Assembly: GCA_040285745.1 (NCBI GenBank)
Contig: JAUFOR010000008.1
Location: forward strand, 1 to 64,000
Source: Barthelona sp. PCE
Taxonomy: Eukaryota
Length of the DNA: 64,000 nucleotides
Reading direction: 5' to 3'
Shown: piece by piece, positions 63,119-64,000 of the stretch
Layout of the letters: each line of letters opens with the position of its first letter
Position numbering within the stretch: position 1 is the first letter of the stretch
Notes under the pieces: generated by a model
Databases searched by the model: none
Told to the model about the DNA's origin: nothing
The model's input: the letters and a program-made list of their open reading frames with translations, nothing else
Position numbers and translations under genes: made by a program

Positions 63119-63713
63119 ATGTTTCAAAGGTAAGAAAATGTTTTTACATTCCTACATTGTTTTCAATTTTATAACTTCTTTCATGCTAATTAAAAGAAGA
63201 GCTTTTGAGCTGCTGCAAAAAGCAGCTGTTTGTGTTCAGTCAGTAGCTACTAAAGTTGGTCAAAGTGCAGCAGCAAAAACAGTTAGCGCAGCAACTACTG
63301 CTTCAAAGGCAGCCAAGGCAGCCAAGGCATCGAAAGCGGCTAGTCTTCTACAATCAACCACAGCTAAAGCAATGGGATACGTTCCTAAGGGAAGTCTTGC
63401 GGCAGTTGCTCAAAGTGCTGCAGCCACTGTTTCACAAACTGCAAGCGCTGTCAAGGCATCGAAAGCGGCTAGTCTTCTACAATCAGCAACAGCTAAAGCA
63501 ATAGGATACGTTCCTAAAGGAAGCGCTGCAGCACTCGCTCAAAGTGCTGCAGCAAAAGCTGCCAACGCCGCATCCAAGGTAACAAAAGTATCAAAGGCAG
63601 GGAGGATACTTGGCATTGGCGGTAAAGCTTTAGGGATTTGTGGTCATATTTCAACAGCAATTTTGGTTTATGATGGAATCAAATTGGTCTATAATGTCAC
63701 TTTAGCACAATAA
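63119..63713 (+). CDS. Ala/Ser/Lys-rich protein with two ISG12 (IFI6/IFI27)-like repeats; predicted 67-nt intron 63130-63196
   Basis: The motif SKAASLLQS..AKA.GYVPKGS.AA.AQSAAA occurs twice (129-bp period). ATG TTT CAA AG|GTAAG...GCTAATTAAAAG|A splices in frame. Confidence 0.7.
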
Positions 63714-63754
63714 AAAAAGAAAATATTTTTTGAGGATAGTTTGAACATTCTAGA

Positions 63755-64000
63755 TTACTCCTTACAAATAGCTGTTAACATTCCACATTCAATATCCAAA
63801 TCTGGTTCGTATATTGTGTGCAAAAGTCGAATGCCTTTTGATGAAATGATATCCACAATGTCCATACAACTCACAGGTGTAAAAGAAACTGATTTGGCCT
63901 CTAAATTTATACCCTCAACAATATAGATAATGTCTTCCACGATGAGTAAACGGCAAGAACATAATATGAATGGGAAGAATTCAGGTTCTTCAGGTTCTTC
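63755..64000 (-). CDS. 3' end of a host hypothetical protein (partial)
   Basis: The frame is open from the window edge (EEPEEPEFFPF...) to TAA at 63755. Confidence 0.55.
   Translation of the reverse strand, partial: EEPEEPEFFPFILCSCRLLIVEDIIYIVEGINLEAKSVSFTPVSCMDIVDIISSKGIRLLHTIYEPDLDIECGMLTAICKE

Overview
This window is eukaryotic, probably from a compact, intron-poor protist genome. About 58 kb is a retroelement cluster around a 5S rRNA gene, followed by about 6 kb of ordinary host genes. (i) Six head-to-tail copies of a ~4.9 kb CRE-clade non-LTR retrotransposon (RT + CCHC + restriction-like endonuclease) are interleaved with a stop-free 711-bp module bounded by 31-bp direct repeats. (ii) A minus-strand tyrosine-recombinase (YR) retrotransposon, here 'element A', has split direct repeats and ends ~105 bp upstream of the 5S gene. 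(iii) A divergent YR retrotransposon, 'element B', is inserted in the opposite orientation into the gag of A at an ATCA core, and removing it restores the gag frame. Both YR elements share an unusual layout: gag and pol are in the same frame, separated by a single TGA. B encodes RT, RNase H and YR in one ORF, and A would do so with one base removed from a C6 run. The 5S/A/B/CRE block is tandemly duplicated (~24.2 kb period). The second copy and the first 4 kb carry many homopolymer indels typical of long-read consensus error, so most frameshifts should not be taken as biological.
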